Origin: an uncultured delta proteobacterium
Lineage (GTDB): Bacteria; Myxococcota_A; Polyangia; Fen-1088
Reading direction: 5' to 3'
NCBI GenBank assembly: GCA_963755125.1
Contig: CAVWIP010000018.1
Span: 32,001 to 96,000 of the forward strand
Length of the DNA: 64,000 nucleotides
Within the stretch, counting starts at the first letter, position 1. Each line of letters opens with the position of its first letter. A program made the position numbers and the translations under genes. This document shows, in pieces, positions 1 to 9,561 of the stretch. The notes under the pieces are model-generated. The model was not told where the DNA came from. It did no database searches and was given only the letters and a program-made list of their open reading frames with translations.

Positions 1-1654
1 CCTTGCGGCCGCGCATGTCGAGGCCGCTCTCGGCCGCCGGTTCGATGCGTTCCACGCCGTGGCGCCGATAGAAAGCGGCCGCCTTCTGGTTGAGCACGTT
101 GCCCAGAAACGATAGTTCCTGCTCCGAAAAATACGCGTGGTTGGGCGCGTGCGCGACCGTGCGCACTGGTCGCAGGCGGGCGCGCTGCCGGCGCAGATCT
201 TCGACCAGACCACGGCGCAAGCCGTTGAGCGCGGCCAACGGCAGATGCGGCATGTGAAGCAGGTCGATGTCCACACCCGACGCACGGAACTCGCTTGCGC
301 CCAGCTTGCCGAGCTGTCGTTCGAGCACCGCGCGCGCCTGCACGGGCTTGTCCGCCCACACCTGCGCGCAGTCGATTTCGTGGCTGGCCGACACTCCGTC
401 CTCGTCGGTGGCCTCCAGGCGAAATCCCGCTGCGCTTCCTGCCAGCCGCAGATGCACGGCGATCCGGCGCTGGTTCTTGCTGCGCAAGACCTGATTGACG
501 AAGGCGTGGTCGTGATTGCGAAACACACGCAGGCCACGCTCGATGCCGCCCAATTTTTCGGGAAAGACGGCCGCCCCGTCGATCTGGTTGACTACGGTGC
601 CGTGCAATTCCCGGTCGCGGCCAAAGAAACTGATGCCATCGCCACTGTGTAAAGGCGCCACCGCTTCGAGGGCGAACGAATCGCGGCGCACGCTGACCAC
701 GCGCCCCAGCGGCTCGCCCACGTGCTTGGGCGAATCCGGCGACGCCACGGGAGCGCCGCGGCCGTGCAAGAAGTACGTTGTGTAGCCGCGATTGAAGGTC
801 TTGTCCGGATCGGACACGAACCCCAGTGTGGTCTTGCCCGACGACGCGCGCTGGCCCCCAACCTCCGCCAGCAGGGCGTCCAGCTTCTGCCGGTAGTGTC
901 CCACCGCATTCATCACGTAGGCCTTGTTCTTCAGGCGTCCCTCTATCTTGAAGGAGGTGACACCGGCCTCGATCAGCGCGCGCAGATGGTCGGTCAGGTT
1001 CAGATCGCACAGCGAGAGCAGGTGTTTGTCATGCACCAGCGTCGCGCCGGCCGCATCTTGCAAGGAATACAGGCGGCGACAGGGCTGGGCGCACTGGCCG
1101 CGATTTCCGCTGCGGCCACCGAGCGCGTAGCTCAGGCTGCACTGCCCGCTCATGCTCACGCACAAGGCGCCGTGGATGAAGACCTCCAGCTCGATCCCGG
1201 TGGCGGCTCGGATGGTGCGAATCTGATTGATATCCAACTCGCGGGCCAGGATGGCGCGCGAGAAGCCGACCGTCTCCAGAAAGGCCACCCGCTCGGCAGT
1301 GTGGTTGTGCATCTGCGTGCTCGCGATGAGCGGCAGGGGCGGCAGATCGCATTCCAGCAGGCCGACGTCCTGAATGATGAGCGCGTCCACGCCGGCCTGA
1401 TGAAGCTGCCGACACAGGCGCTCGGCCTCGGCCAGCTCGTCGTCGCGCAGAAGGGTATTGACCGTCGCATACACGCGCGCCCACACCCGGTGCGCGTACG
1501 CGGCCAGTTTCTCGATGTCCGCCATGCCGTTGCCCGCTGCCTCGCGCGCGCCAAAACGCGGCCCACCCACGTACACCGCATCGGCGCCGCAATCGATGGC
1601 CGCCTGACCGCATTCCAGATCCTTGGCAGGCGCGAGAAGTTCGAGAGCAGGCAT
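1..1654 (-). CDS. U32-family protein (RlhA/YdcP-like RNA hydroxylation protein), runs off the left edge
   Basis: Absent from the ORF track because there is no stop in the window. Manual minus-strand translation from ATG 1654 gives MPALELLAPAKDLECGQAAIDCGADAVYVGGPRFGAR, the typical U32 N-terminus; later EVFIHGALCVSMSGQC and RSGNRGQCAQPCR. Confidence 0.85.
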   Translation of the reverse strand, partial: MPALELLAPAKDLECGQAAIDCGADAVYVGGPRFGAREAAGNGMADIEKLAAYAHRVWARVYATVNTLLRDDELAEAERLCRQLHQAGVDALIIQDVGLLECDLPPLPLIASTQMHNHTAERVAFLETVGFSRAILARELDINQIRTIRAATGIELEVFIHGALCVSMSGQCSLSYALGGRSGNRGQCAQPCRRLYSLQDAAGATLVHDKHLLSLCDLNLTDHLRALIEAGVTSFKIEGRLKNKAYVMNAVGHYRQKLDALLAEVGGQRASSGKTTLGFVSDPDKTFNRGYTTYFLHGRGAPVASPDSPKHVGEPLGRVVSVRRDSFALEAVAPLHSGDGISFFGRDRELHGTVVNQIDGAAVFPEKLGGIERGLRVFRNHDHAFVNQVLRSKNQRRIAVHLRLAGSAAGFRLEATDEDGVSASHEIDCAQVWADKPVQARAVLERQLGKLGASEFRASGVDIDLLHMPHLPLAALNGLRRGLVEDLRRQRARLRPVRTVAHAPNHAYFSEQELSFLGNVLNQKAAAFYRRHGVERIEPAAESGLDMRGRK

Positions 1655-1743
1655 GGGCGGCAGGTCGGCGTTCCCCGGGCGAGAAACCGTGATTTCAATT
1701 CGTCCATTCTGCGCAGGACGGACCGCCGTCGCCAGTGCTCTTG

Positions 1744-3114
1744 TCAGCGGGTGCCGACCGATTGTCGGCTCGCGAGCTGCTTGGGCGGCTGGCGGCGCAC
1801 GGTGACGTCGAATACGTTGCCCTTCTGCGGGCACCAAGCCAGGCTGGAAAGACCGCTGTGCCGAGGCTTGGCCAAAGCGGGCGTGTCCCGCGCCGTCTTC
1901 TTCATCTCGTGCAGAGCCTCGAAGGGGATCTCATTGTGCATGGTCGGGTTCCACAGCAAGAAGCCGTCGGCGCCGGCGCGTTCGGTCGCGCGCAACTCGC
2001 TGCTCACGAAGTCGGGCCCCCAGAAGTCCTCGATGCTGTTGGCGTAGGCCTGCAGGTACGGTCGCAGCACGATCCCGGGCGCCTTGGCACGCGCGCGCCG
2101 CAGGCCACACTCGATGACGTAGACCACTTCCGGAGTGACCCGCTGATTGCGAAAATACGTGCCCATTCCGTTGGCGTACATCATGGGCGAGACAGCCTCG
2201 ACGTATTTCGCGATGGTCTCGATGGTCTGGCCGAGGGTGCGCGGATCGCCGTCAACCAGCGTGGTCAAGCCATACAGGTCCGCCGAGATGGGGATACCGA
2301 GCGCGCGATCAGCCCTTTCCAGGAAGCCAGCGATGACGCTGGAGCGGTCCACGTTACGCTGGCCCTGGTGCAGCCATGTGGCCAGCGTGCCCGCGTGTCC
2401 CTTGGGAAAGCGCACGTAATCGAACTGGACCTCGTCGAAACCGAAGCCCTGCAATTCGAGCGCGATGTCGATGAGATAGTCCTGCACTTCCGGGGAATAG
2501 GCGTCTAGCCATTTGGCGCCGGCCGAGAACAACCGCTGCGCCCGGCGCCCCGAGCGCACCGCCAGGTCGGGTCGGGCCAAGGGCAGACGACTGTCCTTGA
2601 ACGAGACCACGCGGCCGATGACATAGATCCCTTGCTGGTGAAAGGCGCGCACCATGGCCGCGGGATCCTGGATGAGGACATAGCGTTGCTTTTCGCCCAG
2701 CGGGATGCGGGTCGGGTAGGTCAGGTTGCCGTTGTCATCCTTCATGTCGATGACGACTGCGTTGAGGTGCGCCTTGGCGACCGAGGCCGCCGTACGCTCG
2801 GCACCCTTGCTGAAGAGGTACATGGGCGTGATGTACAGACCGCGCGCTTTCCGGCCTGCCTCGCTCATGGGGTCGTCGAGGCCGTGGTCGGGATAGGTTT
2901 TCGCGGTGTACGGCTGCAGCTTGGTATTGAAGGTCTTGTTCACACAGCCGGGCAAGGCGCTCCGCTCGCTGCAGCCAGTGTCGGCGTAGTGGATGCGACT
3001 CGCCGCCTGCGCGGACCGGCTAGCAAGCCCAGCGCTGGCGATCACCGTGGCCACGACGATGACGAGCAACGAGCATCCAGATTTTTTCGGGAACGTGAGG
3101 CAGAACGCGCTCAT
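1744..3114 (-). CDS. Secreted putative glycoside hydrolase (DUF4015-like)
   Basis: Hydrophobic N-terminal signal; motifs NAVVIDMKDDNG, GIYVIGRVVSFKD, GFDEVQFDYVRFP, SPMMY. Confidence 0.75.
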   Translation of the reverse strand: MSAFCLTFPKKSGCSLLVIVVATVIASAGLASRSAQAASRIHYADTGCSERSALPGCVNKTFNTKLQPYTAKTYPDHGLDDPMSEAGRKARGLYITPMYLFSKGAERTAASVAKAHLNAVVIDMKDDNGNLTYPTRIPLGEKQRYVLIQDPAAMVRAFHQQGIYVIGRVVSFKDSRLPLARPDLAVRSGRRAQRLFSAGAKWLDAYSPEVQDYLIDIALELQGFGFDEVQFDYVRFPKGHAGTLATWLHQGQRNVDRSSVIAGFLERADRALGIPISADLYGLTTLVDGDPRTLGQTIETIAKYVEAVSPMMYANGMGTYFRNQRVTPEVVYVIECGLRRARAKAPGIVLRPYLQAYANSIEDFWGPDFVSSELRATERAGADGFLLWNPTMHNEIPFEALHEMKKTARDTPALAKPRHSGLSSLAWCPQKGNVFDVTVRRQPPKQLASRQSVGTR

Positions 3115-3180
3115 GAAGACCTCGTGGCGGGCTCCGCGTTTGTGGATTTAAAAGTTGTAAGCTATCTATCTTGACAATTA

Positions 3181-3195
3181 TGGCACGAAACCCGC
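3181..3195 (+). promoter_or_regulatory. Possible sigma54 -24/-12 promoter upstream of kinase paralogue 1
   Basis: TGGCACGAAACCCGC: perfect TGGCACG and correct GG-N10-GC spacing, but the -12 element is CCGC rather than TTGC. Confidence 0.3.
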
Positions 3196-3351
3196 CGTGA
3201 CGGAAGGCCAAAGATGCCGAAATGCGCCATCTACCGTCGGGAAAGCGCGCGACGCGGTGGTCCATGGTTGCCGCTGCTAGCGGTGGCTGTCGAAACCGCG
3301 CCTTGACAATGCACTTCGGCATACAATGCCAGGATCGCAACCGCCTGCCGC

Positions 3352-3432
3352 CTGGCCATCTCGCCCGACGGCAGCGCCCTGTACTCCGGCGCCGAGGACG
3401 GCTCGATCTTCATGTGGTCGTTGCCACGGTAG
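3352..3432 (+). pseudogene. Orphan C-terminal WD40-repeat fragment
   Basis: Translates LAISPDGSALYSGAEDGSIFMWSLPR*, one WD40-like blade, with no long upstream ORF. Confidence 0.55.
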
Positions 3433-3496
3433 GCGACCTGCGGTCGTCACGGACACCTTCGAGCGGGCTGGCTCAGATCGCTGTAGACTCCGGGGC

Positions 3497-6400
3497 GTGT
3501 GTGCGGAGGGCCATCCCCAGACCTATGGCGATCGCTTTCGCGTCGAGGGCGAAGCGATCGAGGGCGGCATGGGCCTGGTCTATCGGGCCAAGGATCTGAA
3601 GACTGGCGAGCATGTCGCGCTGAAGGTGGTGGCTGAGCCGCAGGGTACGCAATCCCTGCGTTTCCAACAGGAGGCGATGGTGCTGGCCGACATCGCCCAT
3701 CCGGCTATCGTGCGCTACCTGGCCCACGGTTCCACTGCCCGGGGCGAGCAGTACATGGCGATGGAGTGGCTCGACGGCGAGACACTCGAGGACCGACTGG
3801 CACGCGGGCCGTTGCGCATCTCCGAGACCCTGCAACTCGGTCGCCGCGTGGCCGAGGCCCTGGCCGTGGCGCACAAGCACGGCGTCGTCCACCGCGACAT
3901 CAAGCCGGCCAACGTCTTTCTGCCTGCCGGCGATCCAGCTCAGGCCAAGGTGCTGGATTTCGGCATCGCGCGCCGGCTTTTCGATCCGCACCAGAACCTG
4001 CGCATCACCAGCGCCAACGCCGCCCTGGGCACGCCGCTCTACATGGCGCCCGAGCAGGCGCGCGGGGCCAGCACCGTCGACGGACGCGCTGACATCTTCG
4101 CCCTGGGCTGCGTGCTCTTCGAATGCCTCACCGGCCAGCCGCCCTTTGCCGGGACTTCGCCCACCGCGGTCATGGCCAAAATCTGCCTCGACGATTCGGT
4201 GGATCTGGCCCGCCAGCGGCCGGAAACCCCGGCTGATCTGGTCGCGCTGATCGCGCAAATGCTGGCCAAGGATCCAGCAGAACGTCGTGCAAAGGCCGCC
4301 GAGATCGCGCGCTCTCTCGGTGCCATCGCGGGGCAGTTCATCGGCCGCGACACTGCCAGCGATCTGGCAGCAGTCTACCAGGCCCGCACGCCGACCCCGT
4401 CTCTGGTCGCCACCGGCGAGCAACGAATCCTGGCGGCGATCCTGGTTTCGCGATCAAACCCCGGCGCAGCCGCGCCTGCCGCGCACGATCCCGGCCGGAC
4501 GGCTGACCTGGCCGGAATCCTGGCTGAGCGGCTTGCCGATCCCGAACTCGGCGAAGCCTCCCTCGCCGATTTGCGGAGCGCGATCGCGCCCCATGGCGCG
4601 CGCGTCGAGCGGCTGGGCGGCGGCTCGCTGGTCGTCGCGCTGACCGGCGAGCAGGGCACGCCGCTCGACCAGGCCACCCAGGCTGCGCGCTGTGCCCTGC
4701 GCCTCAAGGCTGCACTGCCTGACGCCAGCCTGGGCATCAGCACCAGCCGCGCCGACATGGCCGGCAAGCTTTCCTTGGGCGACGTCATCGACCAGGCCGG
4801 CCACCTGCTCGCCTTCACCCCGGCCGGCACCATCCACATCGACCCGCTCACCTCCCATCTGCTCGAAACCCGCTTCGAGATCCAGACTCTCCCTGACGGC
4901 GCCTCGCGCCTGCTGTTCGAAAAGGGAATTCGCGAAGCCCCGCGCACCCTGATGGGCAAGCCCGTTCCGTGCTTCGGCCGGGATCGCGAGGTCGGCCTGC
5001 TGGAAGCCCTGTGGGATGAAGCGTGCGACGAGCCCGCGGCGCGCGCGATGCTGATGACCTCGACCGCTGGCGGGGGCAAGTCTCGCGTGCGCCACGAGTT
5101 CTGCGACCGCATCCAGCGCCACGGCCAGCCCTTTACGCTTCTGGTTGGCCGAGGCGATCCCATGCGCGACGCCGCACCTTTCGCTTTACTGGGCCCTGCT
5201 CTGCTTGCAGCAGCGGGCATCACCGGCGGCGAGCCCGAGCCCGTGCAGCGCAAGCGCTTGACCGCGCACGCCTCGCGCTTCTTGCCGGCCAAGGACGCCC
5301 TGCGAATCGCGGCGTTCCTCGGTGAGATGGCCAACCTGCCCTTCCCCGACGAGGATCTGCTGCCCTTGCGTGCGGCCCGGCAGGACCCGCGCTTGATGGC
5401 CGACCAAATGCTCATGTCCTGGCTCGATTGGCTGGAGGCCGAGTGCAATCACCATCCGGTCTTGTTGGTGCTGGAAGACCTGCACTGGGGCGACACGCCC
5501 ACCGTGAACTTCGTGGACGCGGCCCTGCGCGTGCACAACGAGAAACCGTTCATGGTGCTGGCCCTGGCGCGCCCCGAGGTGGACCGGCGTTTTCCAGGAG
5601 TGTGGAAAGAGCGCACCCCGCAAAGGATCAACCTGGCGCCGCTGTCGCCGCGAACAAGTCAACGCATGATCGAGCATGTGGTGGGCAAGATTCCCGAGGA
5701 GAGCAGCCGCTGGATCGTGGATCGCGCGCAGGGCAATCCGTTCTACCTGGAAGAATTGCTGCGCGTGGTGGCCGAAGGAGGCAAGGTCGGCGACGACAGC
5801 AACCTGCCCGACACAGTGCTGGGCATGGTGCAGGCGCGTTTCGACATCTTTGGCCCCGACGCCAAGCTGGTCCTGCGCGCGGGCAGCATCTTTGGCCAAA
5901 CCTTTCGGCCCGCCGGGGTCAAGGCCCTGGTCAACGAAGACCGGCGCAAGGACGTGGACCGCTGGCTGGAGATCCTGACCAAGCGCGAGATTCTTTTTTC
6001 GCGGCCAGCGGCTGACCTGCGCGAGTACGCGTTTCGGCACGCGCTGTTGCGCCAGGCAGCCTACGAGATGCTGCCGCCAGCCGAAAAGAAACTGGGCCAC
6101 CTGCTGGCTGGCGAGTACCTGGAGCAGGCCGGCGAGCGGCAGGGCATCGTGCTGGCCGACCACTTCGAGCGCGCAGGCGAAAAGCCACGCGCCATTCGCT
6201 GGCTGGGCGTGGCCGCCCAGCAAGCGTTGGACGCAGACGACTTGGTGGAAACCCTCGCGCGCATCGAACGCGCCGTGAACCTGGGCGCCACTGGCGAAGC
6301 ATTGTGCGCGATGCGGGTCATCGAATCGCAGGCCAGGTACTGGCATGGCGAATATGTGGAAGCGGAGAGAGCGGCGCGGGAGGCGCTCGTCTCCAGTGAC

Positions 6401-7453
6401 GCGCGAACCAGATTGGGCGCTCTGAGCGCACTCTTCGACGGGCTCGGTCCACAGACCAAGTATGCCGAGATTGCCACGCTATTCCGGGACCTCAAACGAC
6501 CGGCAGCGCCTGAACTGTTGAATCCCTGGCTTGACTGCATGGTCAACGCGACCGCCTACCTCGCTGTCGGTGGCGACAGGGACGTGCGAGGGCGCACGCT
6601 TGCGCTCTTGGAAGAATCGAGAGAGCGGTTGGAGCCGATTCTCGTCGGACGGACCAAGACGATAAAGGCGCAATTGGCGCGCAACAAAGGCAAGCTGGCG
6701 GAAAGTGTCGCGGACTTCAGGCGTGCCGCAGATTACTACGAAAGCATCGGCCACCGGCGGGCCGCTTGTGAGGCTCTTGGAAACCTCGGCAATGCCCTAC
6801 TTGAGCTTGGCCACCTCGAAGAAGCTGAAGCGCGTATGCGACAGGTTCTGGCCACCGCAAACAAGATGGACCTTAAGTATATGGTTGGGGGTAGCCTTCA
6901 GCTCCTGACCAATATCCTCGCGTACCAAGGATCTCTTGCTGAGGCACGAACGATCGGCGCGCAAGCGATTGCCCTGACCAGGGGGCAGAACGATCGGCGG
7001 TTCCAGGGGTACGCGGAGGCATATCTCTCAGTGACCGAGTACTTGGCCGGAGACTACGCGCGTGCTGAGCACTACGCGAGCGCCGCAGTGACGACATGGG
7101 AGACCGCGCCTTCAGTCAGACCCTTCGCAATCGCCCTGCTTGCGCGAGCACTTCTCGCGCAAGGTCGCGAAGCCGAGGCTCTGGTCAGTGCCCGCGATGC
7201 CAACGCGCAACTTGAGAGCCTCGGCGTCGTCGATGACGGCGAGGCGACGATACGTTTGGCGCTTGCTGAGTGCCTGATCGCGACCAGAGACACGGCGCCA
7301 GCCCGGGAGGTTCTGGCGAAGGCCGCCAACCGCATTCTCGCCTCGGCAGAGGCTATTGAGGATCCCGCAAGTCGAGAGTCGTTCCTCACACGTATCCCCG
7401 AGCACCGCCGCATCCTGGAACTCGCCCGCGATCTCGCTGCGTCCAAGAGCTGA
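3497..7453 (+). CDS. Ser/Thr kinase - degenerate cyclase-like - STAND/AAA ATPase - TPR protein, paralogue 1
   Basis: Kinase motifs VALK, HRDIKPAN, DFG, GTPLYMAPE; Walker A AGGGKS; Walker B LLVLEDLHWGD; GNPFYLEEL; helical TPR-like C-terminus. Start moved to GTG 3497 by alignment with paralogue 3 (HPQTYGDRFR). Confidence 0.9.
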   Translation: MCAEGHPQTYGDRFRVEGEAIEGGMGLVYRAKDLKTGEHVALKVVAEPQGTQSLRFQQEAMVLADIAHPAIVRYLAHGSTARGEQYMAMEWLDGETLEDRLARGPLRISETLQLGRRVAEALAVAHKHGVVHRDIKPANVFLPAGDPAQAKVLDFGIARRLFDPHQNLRITSANAALGTPLYMAPEQARGASTVDGRADIFALGCVLFECLTGQPPFAGTSPTAVMAKICLDDSVDLARQRPETPADLVALIAQMLAKDPAERRAKAAEIARSLGAIAGQFIGRDTASDLAAVYQARTPTPSLVATGEQRILAAILVSRSNPGAAAPAAHDPGRTADLAGILAERLADPELGEASLADLRSAIAPHGARVERLGGGSLVVALTGEQGTPLDQATQAARCALRLKAALPDASLGISTSRADMAGKLSLGDVIDQAGHLLAFTPAGTIHIDPLTSHLLETRFEIQTLPDGASRLLFEKGIREAPRTLMGKPVPCFGRDREVGLLEALWDEACDEPAARAMLMTSTAGGGKSRVRHEFCDRIQRHGQPFTLLVGRGDPMRDAAPFALLGPALLAAAGITGGEPEPVQRKRLTAHASRFLPAKDALRIAAFLGEMANLPFPDEDLLPLRAARQDPRLMADQMLMSWLDWLEAECNHHPVLLVLEDLHWGDTPTVNFVDAALRVHNEKPFMVLALARPEVDRRFPGVWKERTPQRINLAPLSPRTSQRMIEHVVGKIPEESSRWIVDRAQGNPFYLEELLRVVAEGGKVGDDSNLPDTVLGMVQARFDIFGPDAKLVLRAGSIFGQTFRPAGVKALVNEDRRKDVDRWLEILTKREILFSRPAADLREYAFRHALLRQAAYEMLPPAEKKLGHLLAGEYLEQAGERQGIVLADHFERAGEKPRAIRWLGVAAQQALDADDLVETLARIERAVNLGATGEALCAMRVIESQARYWHGEYVEAERAAREALVSSDARTRLGALSALFDGLGPQTKYAEIATLFRDLKRPAAPELLNPWLDCMVNATAYLAVGGDRDVRGRTLALLEESRERLEPILVGRTKTIKAQLARNKGKLAESVADFRRAADYYESIGHRRAACEALGNLGNALLELGHLEEAEARMRQVLATANKMDLKYMVGGSLQLLTNILAYQGSLAEARTIGAQAIALTRGQNDRRFQGYAEAYLSVTEYLAGDYARAEHYASAAVTTWETAPSVRPFAIALLARALLAQGREAEALVSARDANAQLESLGVVDDGEATIRLALAECLIATRDTAPAREVLAKAANRILASAEAIEDPASRESFLTRIPEHRRILELARDLAASKS

Positions 7454-7493
7454 GGGGTGGCCGGGACCACGTGCCCGGTGGTCGCGCGCGCCG

Positions 7494-8864
7494 CTACCTT
7501 CGGTACTTGTCCATGTCGAAGCCGCCCTGCTGCACCCAACGCCACACCACTGCCCACTGGCGATCCAGCTCGCGCGCGACCTCCGCGATGTTCCCCTTGT
7601 GACGGTCGAGCAGAGCCTCGATCTCGGCCTTTTCCGGCCGGGCACGCGGCGGCCGGCGGCGCAGAACCCGATTCCGCTCGCCGCTCGCCACGCGCTCGCG
7701 CACAACGTGGGGCAGGTCTTCCAGCCGGATGGCGCGGCTTCCTTCGCTGCACAGCACCGCCTCGCGCACCACGCTTTCCAACCCGCGCACGTTCTCTGGC
7801 CAGTCGTGAAGACACAAGGCGAAGAACGCCGCGGTTTCCAGCGATCGCCGCTGACCAAGGAAATGCGCAGCCAGCGTGCCCACATCCTCGCGCCGCTCGC
7901 GCAGCGGCGGCAGCACCACCGGCTCGGCCCCGAAGCGCGCCACCAGATCGCGCCGCAGGCCAGGTGCCTGCGGGCTGGGCGTGAGGCTGGACGTGGCGCC
8001 GATCACGCGCACATCCAGCCGCCGCGCCTCCCGGCCACCCAGCGGCACGTACTCGTGCTCTTGCAGGAAGCGCAGCAGCTTGGCCTGCGCCGGCCCGGGC
8101 ATGTCGCCGATCTCGTCCAGAAACAGGGTTCCGCGCTCCGCCTCTTCGATGAGACCCGGTTTGCTGGCCGCGGCCTGCGAGTGCGCCCCGCGCGCGAAGC
8201 CGAAAAGCTCGCTCTCGACCAGCTCGGTGGGAAGCGCGGCGCAGTTCAATGCCACGAAACGGCCCGGCCGGCCGCTCGCCCGATGCACCGCCCGCGCATA
8301 CACTTCCTTGCCCACCCCCGTCTCGCCAGAAAGCAGGATCGCGTCCCCAGCACGAGCCAGCCGCCGTAGCCGCCTGATCTGCGCGGCCATCCCTCCCGAC
8401 AGGGTCGCCACGAGGCCGAATGGGTGGCCGAGATCCTCCTGAATGGCGGCCAGTGACTCCTCGGACAGCACGCGGACCAGGAGCGCGTGCCCACCCACGA
8501 ACAACAGCGTCCCGTCGTCAATCTTGGTCGGTCCGGAAATCATCCGTCCCTCGACCAGCGTGCCATTCTTGCTGCCCAGGTCCGCCACCTCGAACCCATC
8601 CGGCCGCGTGCGCGACACACGCGCGTGACGCCCCGAAATCCGAGGGTCACGCAGACAGCACGCTGCCACGCCCGCCTGGGCCCGCGGCAGACGTCCGATC
8701 TCGACCGCATGCTCGAAGGGAATCAGGCGGTCGCCACCCGCAATCCCGCCGCCCTCGGCTGCGTCCCCCACGACCACAAGGACCGCCCGGCTGTCGTCCA
8801 ATCGCGGCCGCACGGCAAGCTCCTCGGTGGTACTAGGTGGCTCGATTGGCTGGCGGCCGGACAT
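7494..8864 (-). CDS. FHA-domain sigma54 enhancer-binding protein (FHA-AAA+-HTH)
   Basis: FHA motifs IGR, ISGRHARV, DLGSKNGT; GETGVGKE, LFLDEIGDM, WPENVRGL, C-terminal HTH; GAFTGA loop reads GAHSQA. ATG 8864 preferred over the track start. Confidence 0.9.
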   Translation of the reverse strand: MSGRQPIEPPSTTEELAVRPRLDDSRAVLVVVGDAAEGGGIAGGDRLIPFEHAVEIGRLPRAQAGVAACCLRDPRISGRHARVSRTRPDGFEVADLGSKNGTLVEGRMISGPTKIDDGTLLFVGGHALLVRVLSEESLAAIQEDLGHPFGLVATLSGGMAAQIRRLRRLARAGDAILLSGETGVGKEVYARAVHRASGRPGRFVALNCAALPTELVESELFGFARGAHSQAAASKPGLIEEAERGTLFLDEIGDMPGPAQAKLLRFLQEHEYVPLGGREARRLDVRVIGATSSLTPSPQAPGLRRDLVARFGAEPVVLPPLRERREDVGTLAAHFLGQRRSLETAAFFALCLHDWPENVRGLESVVREAVLCSEGSRAIRLEDLPHVVRERVASGERNRVLRRRPPRARPEKAEIEALLDRHKGNIAEVARELDRQWAVVWRWVQQGGFDMDKYRR

Positions 8865-8957
8865 GCCGCAAGGATAGTAGCCCAGCCACAAGAAGATAGA
8901 AGTCGAGCCTTCTCGACTGGGCCTCAAGCCGCTCGCTATGACTCGCGGGAGGGTCGA

Positions 8958-8977
8958 GGCGAGTCATATGACTCGCC
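8958..8977. promoter_or_regulatory. Perfect 20-bp palindrome GGCGAGTCATATGACTCGCC
   Basis: Read directly; an extra half-site TATGACTCGC lies at 8937-8946 and an identical 18-bp core recurs at 9352-9369. Confidence 0.7.
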
Positions 8978-9147
8978 GCCGGAATCCAGAACCGTACGCA
9001 CAACCGCGACTTGCTCAACTGGCCGCGATTTGCACGCCGGTCGCGCTCGACACGCCTCCGCTCGCGGACCGTCCACGTTGGGTTCGTAATTTGCCCCTGG
9101 TCCCTCCTTGCCTGCCGACCCCAAGCCACCAAAGGAGACCAACCACC

Positions 9148-9327
9148 ATGGGCACATTTGCCATCATCCCGGACGGCACCCAACTGCCGGCAGCCCTCTT
9201 CATTGACCTCGAACATGCGATGGACTGGGGCCTACGTACCTTCGGCACCGATTCATTCAGCATCCGCTGGATCGAGGTGGCCCTGCTCGCGCCAAACGAA
9301 GTGCATAGCCGGGTCGGCATCGCGTGA
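9148..9327 (+). CDS. Small hypothetical protein (59 aa)
   Basis: Strong RBS AAAGGAG upstream of ATG 9148; MGTFAIIPDGTQLPAALFIDLEHAMDWGLRTFGTDSFSIRWIEV... Confidence 0.7.
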   Translation: MGTFAIIPDGTQLPAALFIDLEHAMDWGLRTFGTDSFSIRWIEVALLAPNEVHSRVGIA

Positions 9328-9351
9328 GCCGTGCGAAGACACGGCAATCGC

Positions 9352-9369
9352 GCGAGTCATATGACTCGC
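9352..9369. promoter_or_regulatory. Perfect 18-bp palindrome GCGAGTCATATGACTCGC (second copy)
   Basis: Identical to the core at 8959-8976. Confidence 0.7.
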
Positions 9370-9561
9370 CAGTGGCCGATGATGTGATTCGCGAACCCCG
9401 CCAGCGTACGATTTCGTGTCCCGGCCTATAGGGTCGCGAAAAGACAGTGCAGCCTCCGGCTTCCCGGATGGCCCGAACCTTGCTCGAGCTTGGCCGCGTC
9501 TCGGTCGCCGCCTCGGGCGGCTCCTCACAGAAGAAAGACCTTATCCGAGCGCGTCTAACCA

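Noticed and set aside
722..2047. 441-aa plus-strand ORF
   Set aside because: Antisense to the U32 gene, whose motifs are clear on the minus strand.
3303..3327. TTGACA...TACAAT sigma70 promoter
   Set aside because: The spacer is only 13 bp, too short for a canonical -35/-10 pair.
9020..9034. TGGCCGCGATTTGCA as a sigma54 promoter for the 59-aa gene
   Set aside because: GG-to-GC spacing is 9 nt, not the required 10. The same applies to TGGCGCGTCGTTGCT near 44700.
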